Below are positions 29,952 through 39,005 of a stretch of DNA of 64,000 bases, one piece after another; the stretch's first letter is position 1; the number at the start of each line of letters is the position of its first letter. The notes below the pieces were generated by a model. It saw nothing but the letters and a program-made list of their open reading frames with translations, was not told the origin of the DNA and made no database searches. The stretch covers positions 5,377-69,376 of the forward strand of contig JAAXXG010000002.1 in assembly GCA_013334575.1 (NCBI GenBank), read 5' to 3'. The stretch comes from Candidatus Moraniibacteriota bacterium. GTDB taxonomy: Bacteria; Patescibacteriota; Minisyncoccia; Moranbacterales; UBA1568. The translations under genes and the position numbers were made by a program.

Positions 29952-30527
29952 TCAACCATCCCTTCGGAGAAGCCCCTGTGCCTCAAGCAGCAGAAACGGA
30001 TAGCCGGAAATATCACGGGAGACCGTACCGACCCCGATCTCATCGAGGAACGCAAGCATCCCGTCGGCCACCGACTTCGTATCGACCGATTCCGCATCCG
30101 CTCCCTTGTATTCGATCTCCACGAACGCCCCGAGACCCTCGACCGTGTCGAGCGCGACCTCGTAATCACGATAGGCGTATGCGCGACGGACCTTGTCGAC
30201 GGTCACGACCGGACGGATATCGAGAGCCGTCAGTATGTTCCGAAGCGCATCCGCATCGGAAATACCGCTTTCATGTTCCTCACAATGATCGGACGTCCCG
30301 TCCGGCCCGTACTGCCAATCCTTGTAGTTGATCGACGCCTTTCCGTCTTCCGTCCGGATACGCAGCCACTCCCGTATCGGACGCTCCGCAAGAAAGTCAC
30401 GGAATACCGGAACGAAATACTCGTCCATTTGCCGCGACTCGTACCAGAACTCTCCCTCCCGCTCGAGCAGTTCCGTCAGAGGCGCCGCGTTTTCGACCCG
30501 CACCTTGATCTCGATTTCCCTTGACAT
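29952..30527 (-). CDS. CYTH-domain (triphosphate tunnel metalloenzyme / class IV adenylyl cyclase-like) protein
   Basis: The N-terminus carries the ExExK motif (MSREIEIKVRVEN). The size is 191 aa. Confidence 0.65.
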   Translation of the reverse strand: MSREIEIKVRVENAAPLTELLEREGEFWYESRQMDEYFVPVFRDFLAERPIREWLRIRTEDGKASINYKDWQYGPDGTSDHCEEHESGISDADALRNILTALDIRPVVTVDKVRRAYAYRDYEVALDTVEGLGAFVEIEYKGADAESVDTKSVADGMLAFLDEIGVGTVSRDISGYPFLLLEAQGLLRRDG

Positions 30528-30704
30528 AGGCTTCCGTTACGGCTGATGCGGGCATTGTAGCACGCTCCCCCTTTTCCGCCGACCACCTCCGTTTCCGATA
30601 CTTGCCCGTCCGGCACCACTTGACCAGACCGCATATCCGTATAGAATTGAGCCGAACCCGAACCTTAACTCCACGAAAACGCTCACGCACAACCGGAATT
30701 CGCC

Positions 30705-31253
30705 ATGAAAAACACACTCTTCCTGTCTCTCCTCCTTCTGCTTGTTCCTTTCCCGAGCCGAGACGCCCGAGCCGCATCCGAAATTCCCGACACGTTATCC
30801 GCTCACGCGGCGCTCGACTCGACAGCGGCCCGCATCCCCGACCGGATCAGTCTATCGCTGGCCAGAAAACGGTACGTATTCGACGAGGCAAAGGCGTTCT
30901 CGAAATCGGAACGGACGCGTCTGCAATCGGAATGCCGGCATTTCCACGAACAGACCGGTATGCCGATCGTCGTATTCGCTTCGCCGTCCCTTCCGGACGA
31001 ATCGACGCTTGCAAAAGCAAGCGCCGGCCACACTCATATCGTCCTTCTCTTTCCGGAAACGGACGCCCATGGAAGAAAAACGTGGTTTGGCAGGCTTGTC
31101 ATCGTCCAGACCGTCCGCGACAACGGAATCGCGGACCTCGTTATAAAAAGTTTCCGCGTCAAGCCGGGCTCAAGCGCAGCCGAGGGCGCGCTCGCGGCGC
31201 TAGCAACCGCGACGAACGCGTGGCACATGACGCAGGAGATGAATAAACGCTGA
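30705..31253 (+). CDS. Secreted TPM-domain (TLP18.3/Psb32/MOLO-1) protein
   Basis: A signal peptide is followed by a YVFDEAKAFSKSERTRLQSECRHFHEQTGMPIVV pattern. Confidence 0.5.
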   Translation: MKNTLFLSLLLLLVPFPSRDARAASEIPDTLSAHAALDSTAARIPDRISLSLARKRYVFDEAKAFSKSERTRLQSECRHFHEQTGMPIVVFASPSLPDESTLAKASAGHTHIVLLFPETDAHGRKTWFGRLVIVQTVRDNGIADLVIKSFRVKPGSSAAEGALAALATATNAWHMTQEMNKR

Positions 31254-31524
31254 GCGTTATCGCGAACCGAACAAACGGAGACAGGTCGAACCGACCGTCT
31301 CCGTTTTCAATTCATAACGTATCGTCACATCCCCCATCGCCGCACAAATAGCGCCGCACGTCCGCGGGATTTATCGGAAAGTTCGCATACGATTTCCCTC
31401 TTCCCGCCGAACCCGCGAACGGAACCCGACATCGACAGGAATACAGAGGACGCCCATGATAGGCTGGCTTCGCTTTCCGAACCGATGTAAAATAGGCGGG
31501 TCATAATCGGATATCGCACCTACT

Positions 31525-31866
31525 ATGAATTCCTTCACCCGACTCGCCCTCGTATTCCTGTCGGCGATAACCATCATCATCGCCGACGCGATGATCAAGC
31601 GGATCAGCGCCGGTCGGAGCATCGTCGCCGTCATGACCGACCCCCTGATGGCGGCTATCTGCGGTCTTTATTTCGTCCAGATCCTCTTCGCGGTCCTCAT
31701 CTTCATCTTCGAAGGAGAGCTCGCGATCTACACCAATCTCTTCATCGTCTTCTACGGCCTCTCCGGACTCGCGGTCGGATACGTCCTCTTCCACGAGACC
31801 GTCACGCTCACCCAGGGCGCCGGAATCCTGTTCGGCATCGTGGGAGCCGTCCTCATGAGTCTCTGA
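31525..31866 (+). CDS. Small 4-TM DMT-superfamily protein (ArnE/ArnF / SMR-like)
   Basis: The 113-aa ORF has four hydrophobic helices. Confidence 0.5.
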   Translation: MNSFTRLALVFLSAITIIIADAMIKRISAGRSIVAVMTDPLMAAICGLYFVQILFAVLIFIFEGELAIYTNLFIVFYGLSGLAVGYVLFHETVTLTQGAGILFGIVGAVLMSL

Positions 31867-31887
31867 ATCGCCCCTTCCTTCAACGAA

Positions 31888-31923
31888 GCACGGCGCGCCG
31901 GTCGGCTTTTTTACATGACCCGA
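31888..31923 (+). terminator. Possible terminator (GC-rich palindrome plus T6)
   Basis: The sequence CACGGCGCGCCGGTCGGC is followed by TTTTTT. Confidence 0.3.
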
Positions 31924-31960
31924 AAAACGCCCCCCCCTTCGGAATCCCCTCTCACGCGTA

Positions 31961-31984
31961 CTACCATATAATATTATATGGTAG
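31961..31984. repeat. Perfect 24-nt palindrome CTACCATATAAT|ATTATATGGTAG
   Basis: Read directly. It is an AT-rich core within a 440-nt non-coding stretch. Confidence 0.6.
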
Positions 31985-32212
31985 CATCGGTCGGTATTCT
32001 TTATACTTTCAAACGAAACGTGTAACATAATAATGCGGTCGTCGGATTATGTCGCGCGGCTTTTGAAAGGAGCTCGTCCGCCTTGTCCAACAGACATGGA
32101 CAGTCCGACGACTTTGACACTCCGCTCGGTCAATAACGTATCGGCGCGAACCGAAAAAGGCGCCGGCCCCTTTTCCTGACTCCAGGCCGGATGAGCGCCG
32201 TATCACGATATA

Positions 32213-32241
32213 TTGACATCACATAGAATGCATGCTATATT
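32213..32241 (+). promoter_or_regulatory. Sigma70-type promoter TTGACA-17-TATATT
   Basis: Read directly. It lies 60 nt upstream of the lipoprotein ATG. Confidence 0.5.
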
Positions 32242-32300
32242 AATGTGTTTTGAAGCTTAACAGTTTGCAAACCAGGGCAATAGCCCGCTTCGGAGACATC

Positions 32301-32678
32301 ATGGACAGACCTACCGTTACGCTCGCTATCTGCCTCGCGTTATCATGCACGGCAGCACAACCTACCTCGCAGCAGGTACTCGCTGCCACGGTCATGAAGA
32401 CATCGCCGGCAGTATCGATAAGATTCTACGACATCGAAAGGGTGCGCCCGGTCCAGCTTTCGCCGATGATTTCGGCTACGGCGTCCTGGCCGATGGGAAC
32501 GGAAAGACAAACCGCGATAAAAACGGCGAGGCTTCGCATCCAGGAGGAGTTTAGGAAACTCCCTCTCTACGCCAAAGGATACCGCATCGAGAGTATCCAG
32601 GCTGATGACGGATTTCCCGATTTCCCGTCACAGCGGTTCTACGTCATCCTCCAGTTGACCGGGCCCGGGATCCATTGA
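32301..32678 (+). CDS. Putative lipoprotein (125 aa)
   Basis: The SD GGAG lies 6 nt before the ATG. The signal peptide has a lipobox-like ALSC. Confidence 0.5.
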   Translation: MDRPTVTLAICLALSCTAAQPTSQQVLAATVMKTSPAVSIRFYDIERVRPVQLSPMISATASWPMGTERQTAIKTARLRIQEEFRKLPLYAKGYRIESIQADDGFPDFPSQRFYVILQLTGPGIH

Positions 32679-32697
32679 CTCTCCCATCCGAATTTAT

Positions 32698-32736
32698 CAA
32701 AGCCGCACGGCAACGTGTGGCTTTGTAATTTTTTAG
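32698..32736 (+). terminator. Rho-independent terminator
   Basis: The stem CAAAGCCGCAC / GTGTGGCTTTG has one G.U, followed by TAATTTTTT. Confidence 0.6.
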
Positions 32737-32946
32737 CGGTACCGAACCGCGTTCGTCGCAGTCTGTCATGATCGAAACCAAATCCACCCTCAACCACCGC
32801 GCGCTTCAGCACGTAGAATCCCCGACGACTAGGTTCGTATAGCTGGTAATTTATATCTTCATTGCCGTGGTAATTTACACGGATACCCGCCAGATTCTCA
32901 TCCTCTTCAGATTTTGATGTTGCATGGGAAAAGAACGAGATTCTCA

Positions 32947-32985
32947 CAAAAAGGACTCGTATTACGGGTCCTTATTAATATTTTC
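32947..32985. terminator. Bidirectional terminator downstream of the Nudix gene
   Basis: The stem AAGGACTCG / CGGGTCCTT is flanked by an A-run and a T-run. Confidence 0.5.
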
Positions 32986-33076
32986 TCGTTTCTTCTCGAG
33001 TGCTCGGAAGCGTCATCACGAAGCAAAAAATCCCCGCTTTCTTCGGCCTCGTATTACGGCGCGGATCCGAATGACT

Positions 33077-33559
33077 TCAAAGCGAATTCAAAGCACCATG
33101 GATATCCGCCGCGAGGTCCCCGATATCCTCCTCCCGTATCGAGGTGATCTCGGACCAGCGTGGCGTTTCGGACTCGAGATCGTCCACAAGGTCGTCGCCT
33201 TTGAGTTTTTCCGAACGCACAGCGCATCGGAAAAAGAAAAGAAACGCGTGATAGGCCTCGTCGAGCGGGTCATAGTAGAAGAAGTTCTCCCGACAGAGGA
33301 CCAGTTCCCCGATCTCGACCTCGAGCCCCGTTTCCTCGCGGATCTCCCTCCTCAGGGCGTCTTCCATCCTTTCCCCGACTTCCACGCCGCCGCCCGGAAA
33401 CCACAGCTTGCCGTTCCCCTTGTTCCGCATCGTGACGACGCGGCCTCCGCTGACGATGAATCCGTAGACGCTCGGCCGGAAGAAGAACTTGTCACGCGGA
33501 ACCGGGACGATTTCCCCGCGACTGTTCTTACAGGATATCTGATTCATAGGAATGACCAT
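33077..33559 (-). CDS. Nudix hydrolase
   Basis: The Nudix box is GGGVEVGERMEDALRREIREETGLEVE. Confidence 0.8.
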   Translation of the reverse strand: MVIPMNQISCKNSRGEIVPVPRDKFFFRPSVYGFIVSGGRVVTMRNKGNGKLWFPGGGVEVGERMEDALRREIREETGLEVEIGELVLCRENFFYYDPLDEAYHAFLFFFRCAVRSEKLKGDDLVDDLESETPRWSEITSIREEDIGDLAADIHGALNSL

Positions 33560-33655
33560 TCACGCTATTTATATCAGATGGGGTTTGACGGCAACCCCGC
33601 TTCATAACTGGCGTTCATGCGTCCAAGGATATACTCGCGCACCGGGAAAAATGCT

Positions 33656-34192
33656 TCATGCCTGTTTCGATTTCGTCCGTTCCCCTACTGACCACGGGTG
33701 CAAATCTTCGTAGATGGCATCCTGATAATTATGGGGCTTGAGACGAAGAATCGCTTCGGCTATCGGCATGCAGTGCCGCTCGATCTCGCCGGTGTTTCCG
33801 GTTTTTGTATAGTGTTCGAAACTGTCTATCGTATCCGCCGTCTTGACGATCAGCGCGTCCTCGCCCACTTCAGCGCATCGTCGGACCATATCGTCTATCC
33901 GCTCACGTGAATCCTCTATGGTTCGGTCCTTCGAATTCGCTTGTACGATACGGAGCACGTCCTCTCCGAATCCGTCTCGCAGCGCCTCCTCGGACATATC
34001 CGACCATTCCAAGGCATCATGCAGCAATCCCGCGAGTACGATATTCCGTGAATACCCCTTCCCATACAGGAATACGCCGACCCGGATATCGTGAAACAGG
34101 ATCGGCTTCCGCGACCCCTCTTCCGATACCGGCATACGCTCTGCCAGTGCCCGTACCGCCCGCTCGAATTCGACATCTATCGAGGCATTCAT
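33656..34192 (-). CDS. HD-domain phosphohydrolase
   Basis: The H...HD...D pattern is present (GLLHDALEW). Confidence 0.7.
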   Translation of the reverse strand: MNASIDVEFERAVRALAERMPVSEEGSRKPILFHDIRVGVFLYGKGYSRNIVLAGLLHDALEWSDMSEEALRDGFGEDVLRIVQANSKDRTIEDSRERIDDMVRRCAEVGEDALIVKTADTIDSFEHYTKTGNTGEIERHCMPIAEAILRLKPHNYQDAIYEDLHPWSVGERTKSKQA

Positions 34193-34220
34193 AGTATTCG
34201 AATTTATAACTCAACCTTCT

Positions 34221-34292
34221 TTAAAGTGTCACGCCGAGGAACCAAAGGGTGAAGTCGAGCATCTTGGTGTCGGAGAGCTTCCCGACATTCAT
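34221..34292 (-). CDS. Repeat-family R1 copy A: conserved 23-aa ORF MNVGKLSDTKMLDFTLWFLGVTL, 29 nt upstream of the HD gene
   Basis: Nucleotide conservation with copies at 35988-36049 and 38038-38106, plus two decayed copies. The ATG is preceded by conserved GATATTCCCGGA. Confidence 0.35.
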   Translation of the reverse strand: MNVGKLSDTKMLDFTLWFLGVTL

Positions 34293-34506
34293 GCATCCGG
34301 GAATATCAGCGGGTTTCCGCATCGCACCAAACTCCATATATCCTGCTTCGTACATGTTTAATGCAAATGAGATGTATCGACTACCAATTTGCGATTCATT
34401 CTTCGAACAATTTTTAGATAGACCGTATGGCGCTAATTCCTTCCGAAATAAACTCATCTATCAATAGTATTATTATATACCATCTCATCAAGGGGAAGGT
34501 TTGCTT

Positions 34507-34539
34507 GAAAAAAGCAGGAGCACCGTTTGGAACTCCTGC
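34507..34539 (-). terminator. Terminator of the PRTase gene
   Basis: The stem GCAGGAG / CTCCTGC is followed by a T6 run on the minus strand. Confidence 0.5.
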
Positions 34540-34578
34540 ATTTCATGTAGAAACGAATAATCGAACGGAGGTCGTTGT

Positions 34579-35259
34579 TTACCTGGACGCGTCCACGCTT
34601 ACGCGACCAAGCGCCTGCAAGACCTCGTTATCACGGGTATCTTCGAAAGAATCGTAGAACATGCCGGTAGGAAAGTAATCACTTCTTGATCGGCGGCACG
34701 ATACTACCCTGTGCCCGTTGATAATATCGGGAAACCAATTCAAAATGGCCGGAATACCGATGACGATCTGCGATGCTCCGGCATACTCCATCGCATTAAT
34801 TGCGGCGATAATCGAGCGTCCCGTCACGGCACCATCGTCGATGAGCATCACCCGCTTTCCGATAACATCCTCGGGAATCATTCCGCCGAATATGGCGTGC
34901 TGGGAGGCGACGTTTTTGCGGCAATTTAGCACGATTGGATTTGCCAGAGACGCATCTTCCGCATCCCGAAAGAATGTTTCCGGTTCGAACGCACCGGTTT
35001 TCCATACCGTAGCGGTGCCGAAGCCAGTCAGAAATACGGCAACTTCACCGCCCTCAATTTCCTGCGACGGAATCCGGCAATCGTCGACTGAGAAGGAATA
35101 CAACGGCACATCAAGGAGACTCGCTACCTCTTTCGCGACGACGATTCCTCCACGAGCGAGTCCTACGACAATCGTATTTGTCGTCTCGGACGCTTCTCCG
35201 GCGGCGACAATACTGCTTGCCAATTGTCGCCCAGCATCAGTGCGGTTTTCGAAAATCAT
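34579..35259 (-). CDS. Type I phosphoribosyltransferase-family protein (COG1926-like)
   Basis: The PRPP-binding motif is VMLIDDGAVTGRS. The N-terminus is MIFENRTDAGRQLA. Confidence 0.7.
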   Translation of the reverse strand: MIFENRTDAGRQLASSIVAAGEASETTNTIVVGLARGGIVVAKEVASLLDVPLYSFSVDDCRIPSQEIEGGEVAVFLTGFGTATVWKTGAFEPETFFRDAEDASLANPIVLNCRKNVASQHAIFGGMIPEDVIGKRVMLIDDGAVTGRSIIAAINAMEYAGASQIVIGIPAILNWFPDIINGHRVVSCRRSRSDYFPTGMFYDSFEDTRDNEVLQALGRVSVDASR

Positions 35260-35367
35260 GGATATGTTGGTTTTGTTAGAAAAATGTTTAAGGCGTCGAC
35301 CGTTCGTCGACGCCTTGTTGAGACTTGATCCTACCGAGGCCGCGCAGGATTATCAGCAGTAGGAGTA

Positions 35368-35655
35368 TCAGCAGTAGGAGACGTGCTCTGACGCGGCATG
35401 ATTCCTGAGATCATCGAGGTCGATGCCGAAGTCGGCGGAGAGATTTTCGGCGCCCGCCGCAAGCGAGGAGTCGGCGATGACGATGGCGAGCAGCTGAATG
35501 CCAGGCATCTTGTGCGGCTCGGCATTCCCGCCCAGCAGCTTTGCCTTGATGATCTTGTCGGCGTGCATGATAGCTTCTTCCATGATGTCAGCCTCTTCCA
35601 TTTGCGCCTCTTTGATGGCGTCGCGCATGCCGCAGTGATTGATCGCATGACCCAT
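35368..35655 (-). CDS. Hypothetical protein (95 aa)
   Basis: The ATG at 35655 has SD GGGGGA 5 nt upstream. Sequence: MGHAINHCGMRDAIKEAQMEEADIM... I recognise no confident domain. Confidence 0.4.
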   Translation of the reverse strand: MGHAINHCGMRDAIKEAQMEEADIMEEAIMHADKIIKAKLLGGNAEPHKMPGIQLLAIVIADSSLAAGAENLSADFGIDLDDLRNHAASEHVSYC

Positions 35656-35848
35656 AGTATCCCCCGTTGTTTTGTGGTGATTATTGTTGTTGTAGTATAC
35701 GATCGTCACCAGATGATCGCATTCCTCATGAGCAGATTTTTCTCATCAGTCCTGGGGAATGCAATCATCGGCGTGCGCAGGCGGTGCCATACATCGAATC
35801 GGAAAGTTATTAAATGACTGAACATATTAGCAAATATAAACGACTCTG

Positions 35849-36049
35849 TCAAGAATTATATTTATATAGTCGATAATTAGGCTTATTTTTAACGTTTTTC
35901 TTAAACTTGGCCAAAGTTATGACTATTTCCAACGGGTATAAATACAGTATCGCAACGGCCTTATAGATCAAAAATCGTGGTACCATCGCGCCCAATGACC
36001 AGAGAGCAAAGTCAAGCATCTTGGTGCCGAAAAACCTCTCGACGTTCAT
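35849..36049 (-). CDS. Repeat-family R1 copy B, extended to 66 aa (MNVERFFGTKMLDFALWSLGAMV...)
   Basis: Same conserved element as above. Here there is no stop after codon 23, so the ORF continues into an AT-rich hydrophobic tail. Confidence 0.3.
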   Translation of the reverse strand: MNVERFFGTKMLDFALWSLGAMVPRFLIYKAVAILYLYPLEIVITLAKFKKNVKNKPNYRLYKYNS

Positions 36050-36079
36050 GTACTAAAAATATCATCGTGAATCGGAAAA

Positions 36080-36179
36080 GGTACCTGACCCCTTTTCTGG
36101 CTCATCAAATCAACTGGCGCGTACCGGCATAAACACATCGGGTCTTTTCTAGCTTGAGCCAGAAAAGAGGTCAGGCGCC
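36080..36179. repeat. Inverted pair of R2 repeats (GGTACCTGACCCCTTTTCTGGCTCA ... TGAGCCAGAAAAGAGGTCAGGCGCC), 24-25-bp arms about 50 nt apart
   Basis: Read directly. Related single copies lie at 38972-39005 and 39563-39589. Confidence 0.5.
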
Positions 36180-36338
36180 ATTTGAGAGTCTTCCCCTCCT
36201 CCGAAGAAGGTCAATTCCAGACCGAGAGCAGAAGCCATTCGTATGATCTACTCGTTTTCTCCGAACGGCGTCCCGCGATTCACATTTTCGAACCGTGTCT
36301 ATCAGTTTTCACTTGAAAAAAAATACCTAATCCACTTT

Positions 36339-37415
36339 CTAACTTGTTTGCTGGCACTTAAAATCGTTCTTTATCATATATTCCGATCCATCGCCATCCT
36401 TTTCTATATGCTTATCTGGATTGCGAAAAATGTCGATCATCGTTCTAATGAACCTCTCTTTCACTTCCTTGTGGATCTCGATCATTCTACGGACTTGAGC
36501 TTCATCCAAGGCGTCCATTATTTTATCGTCAATTCCGAATATTTCTTTTCCATAATCCTCCGAAAGGGCAAAATTCATTCCCTTTTCCACTTTCCTTGCA
36601 ATTTGATAGACGTATGTTTTCAAGCGGTCGTCTTCTTCGATCAATTTCGAAAGGACGATATCCCTGAAAGAAAACGTGTAGACATCCCCTTCGCCAAGGA
36701 TTTTTTCCGCCCGCGTCACGTCTTCCGTCGACAACTTCCCTTTCGTCGTATCAGACAGCAGCCCCGACCCCAATGGAGCCGAAAAATACATCCCCCCATA
36801 TTTTGCCGAAAAATCTTCGCCGAAGAGATCTTTAACTATCTCACGATTAATCAAATAGTATGCCTTATTAGGGGGGAGCAGTTTTTTGGAAAACAAATCC
36901 CTCCCTTCTCCTGCACCATCACTCCCTTTGCGGTCGTGATCGAGCATCTTCGACAAAGAGTCCTTATCCAGCACCTCCTGATCGACAATCTCATACAACA
37001 GTCGACCGGTCCTGCCATTGCCGTCGGAAAACGGATGAATCGCCTGAATACTATAGTAGAGTAACGTCGCTCTATCTTCATTGTCGCGCAAATTTTTCAA
37101 GGCATCAAAGGCTTCTTTCATCAGCGTATCCTTTTGTTCCGGATATGGAGGCAGATATGCCACGCCTTGAATACCGTAGGAAAGTTCAGTATTTGCTCCG
37201 TCGATACCCCTCCTATTTGTCGGCAATTCCCTGATGATTCCGTTGAGTCTTGAAACGAAATTCTTAAAATCGTCATATGACACATCGAAGATCCATTCGT
37301 CGAACTTTTCCTCCGAGCGCTTCATTTCAGAGAATCCGGATTTTTCTAAAAAATTGAAGACCATTTCTCCGGTATTCATCCTTTCCGCATTCCCTTGCAT
37401 CATTTCCAACGACAT
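36339..37415 (-). CDS. fic: Fic/DOC-family protein (AMPylator-type fold)
   Basis: The canonical Fic motif HPFSDGNGRTGR is present. Size is 358 aa with low GC. Confidence 0.85.
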   Translation of the reverse strand: MSLEMMQGNAERMNTGEMVFNFLEKSGFSEMKRSEEKFDEWIFDVSYDDFKNFVSRLNGIIRELPTNRRGIDGANTELSYGIQGVAYLPPYPEQKDTLMKEAFDALKNLRDNEDRATLLYYSIQAIHPFSDGNGRTGRLLYEIVDQEVLDKDSLSKMLDHDRKGSDGAGEGRDLFSKKLLPPNKAYYLINREIVKDLFGEDFSAKYGGMYFSAPLGSGLLSDTTKGKLSTEDVTRAEKILGEGDVYTFSFRDIVLSKLIEEDDRLKTYVYQIARKVEKGMNFALSEDYGKEIFGIDDKIMDALDEAQVRRMIEIHKEVKERFIRTMIDIFRNPDKHIEKDGDGSEYMIKNDFKCQQTS

Positions 37416-37514
37416 AGGCTTGTCTTAATCCGGACGAAACGAACGCGAATCAAAAAAGTGCCTTACGACTATTCTGGCTCCGATTTTTCCAAAAACTGCA
37501 CCAAGAGACGGAGC

Positions 37515-37555
37515 CGGACATCTTGGCATCGGAACACTTCGCGGCGTTCGACTCT
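37515..37555 (-). repeat. Decayed R1 copy (no ATG) between Nudix and Fic
   Basis: GAGAGTCGAACGCCGCGAAGTGTTCCGATGCCAAGATG aligns at about 75% to the R1 core. Confidence 0.4.
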
Positions 37556-37984
37556 CTATGACGATAGAGCTCTTGCGATACGAGCCGCTTTTCCCACGGC
37601 GGTTCGGAAGTTGTCGTTAAGCCAATGGATGTCGGCAAGGCTGTCGGATCCGACCCACCGCGCCTCCGCGTGTTCGTCGCTCATGTGAATAGTATCCTCT
37701 TCAACGGCGCGGCAGAGATAGAATACGGTATATTTCGGAGGATCCTCGATGCCCCAGCGGGCCGCATGAACCGGCGTGACGATATCGATATCGAGGCCGG
37801 TTTCCTCCTTTACTTCGCGTCGAAGCCCCTCTTCCGGTTCGTCTTCCGCTTCGAGCCTTCCACCGGGAAGCATCCACATCTCCGTCGTGAATTCCTCGTT
37901 CAGCGGCAACCGAAGGATCAGTAACTCGCCCCGTTCGTTCATGATGACTCCGTATTCCCCGACATTACACGTCAATCTCGACAT
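37556..37984 (-). CDS. Nudix hydrolase (second copy)
   Basis: The Nudix box is GGRLEAEDEPEEGLRREVKEETGLDIDI. The start is ATG 37984 (MSRL) or 37942 (MNERG, better SD). The ORF track's 38059 start overlaps R1 copy C. Confidence 0.75.
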   Translation of the reverse strand: MSRLTCNVGEYGVIMNERGELLILRLPLNEEFTTEMWMLPGGRLEAEDEPEEGLRREVKEETGLDIDIVTPVHAARWGIEDPPKYTVFYLCRAVEEDTIHMSDEHAEARWVGSDSLADIHWLNDNFRTAVGKAARIARALSS

Positions 37985-38034
37985 ACTGCTTTTCGATTTC
38001 CATATCAGATCGCAAACGATGAATTTATTATACC

Positions 38035-38106
38035 TCACATGATCGCGCCGAGGGACCACAGGGCAAAATCGAGCATCTTGGTGTCGGAGAACTTCTCGAC
38101 GTTCAT
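38035..38106 (-). CDS. Repeat-family R1 copy C: MNVEKFSDTKMLDFALWSLGAIM
   Basis: It has the same conserved upstream box GATATTCCCGGACAC-ATG and lies 50-90 nt upstream of the second Nudix gene. Confidence 0.35.
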   Translation of the reverse strand: MNVEKFSDTKMLDFALWSLGAIM

Positions 38107-38162
38107 GTGTCCGGGAATATCATTTCGTACAAAAAATTGCCTAGCCTTTTTCGACTTCACAT

Positions 38163-38194
38163 AAAAACCCGTCACGGCTTATCGCCATGACGGG
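38163..38194 (-). terminator. Terminator of the ITPase gene
   Basis: The stem CCCGTCA / TGACGGG has a nested GGC/GCC and a T5 run on the minus strand. Confidence 0.55.
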
Positions 38195-38225
38195 AACCGA
38201 TTTCTTGTCCAAGAAAACTACCGAA

Positions 38226-38765
38226 TCAGAATCCTCGCAGGAAGGCTTCGTAAAACACCTGTTTAAGCCCCTCCGTCAGGATCTTCCGCCTGGAAACCCT
38301 GCAGCCGGACATCACGATATGCGGATCGGTAGGATCTCCGCCGAAGCGCTCGGAAAATACCGACCCGACGGTCGTTGTCCCGAAGCCGCGCTCCTCGGCT
38401 TCCGCGACGCATGCGTCGGGAAATCGCATCCCTTCGGATATCGAAACGTATTCTCTCCCGTCCGGCAACAGCAGAACGATGATAGCGACATCGATTGGAA
38501 ATCGCCTGCCGTCAGCTCCCCCGAATCGGACGATTCCGTTCTCGATACCTATTCCGATGACGTCAGACCCGGTCGCCGCAGCCCCCTTCGCCCGGTTCGA
38601 TGCGCCACGATAGATTTCCTCCAGGCCTTCCGGCTGCGCGTTTACCAATGACGGGATATCCTTGCCCGACACGTCAGCCAGTATCCCCATACTGACGCAG
38701 ACCGCCGAAACCGGACCGACCTTGTGTTCGCTTTCCGAGCCGACAACGATATGTTTTCGTTGCAT
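38226..38765 (-). CDS. YjjX/DUF84-family inosine/xanthosine triphosphatase-like protein
   Basis: VNAQPEGLEEIYRGASNRAKGA aligns by eye to the YjjX [22 protein letters not shown] region, and the C-terminus is similar. Confidence 0.6.
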   Translation of the reverse strand: MQRKHIVVGSESEHKVGPVSAVCVSMGILADVSGKDIPSLVNAQPEGLEEIYRGASNRAKGAAATGSDVIGIGIENGIVRFGGADGRRFPIDVAIIVLLLPDGREYVSISEGMRFPDACVAEAEERGFGTTTVGSVFSERFGGDPTDPHIVMSGCRVSRRKILTEGLKQVFYEAFLRGF

Positions 38766-38924
38766 ATTTCGTTTCTCCTGTTAAGTTTCGAAAATCATCT
38801 CTGTTTTGTAGCAGAGACGTTACGAAACGTCAAGATTCCACAAGGTTTCGACGTCTTCGGTCATCCGACCGATACACGACTCCGTTCGCGCTTCCTTGCA
38901 TAGGACGGGATCCGCCTGCTCCCT

Positions 38925-39005
38925 AGCCCATGACCGAGGACGTTCACGCCTCCGAGAATATCATCGTGAATTGAAAAGGCACCTGACTTCTTTTTCGGCT
39001 CTGGC
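38925..39005 (-). repeat. Decayed R1 copy (ATG->GTG, diverges after 7 codons) abutting an R2 copy (GGCACCTGACTTCTTTTTCGGCTCTGGC)
   Basis: Read directly. The R2 copy ends at the stop codon of the P-loop gene. Confidence 0.4.

Noticed and set aside
31501-32028. A 175-aa acidic minus-strand ORF overlapping the ArnE-like gene and the AT-rich spacer
   Set aside because: It is antisense to a plausible membrane-protein gene and runs through non-coding palindromic sequence. Its composition is implausible.
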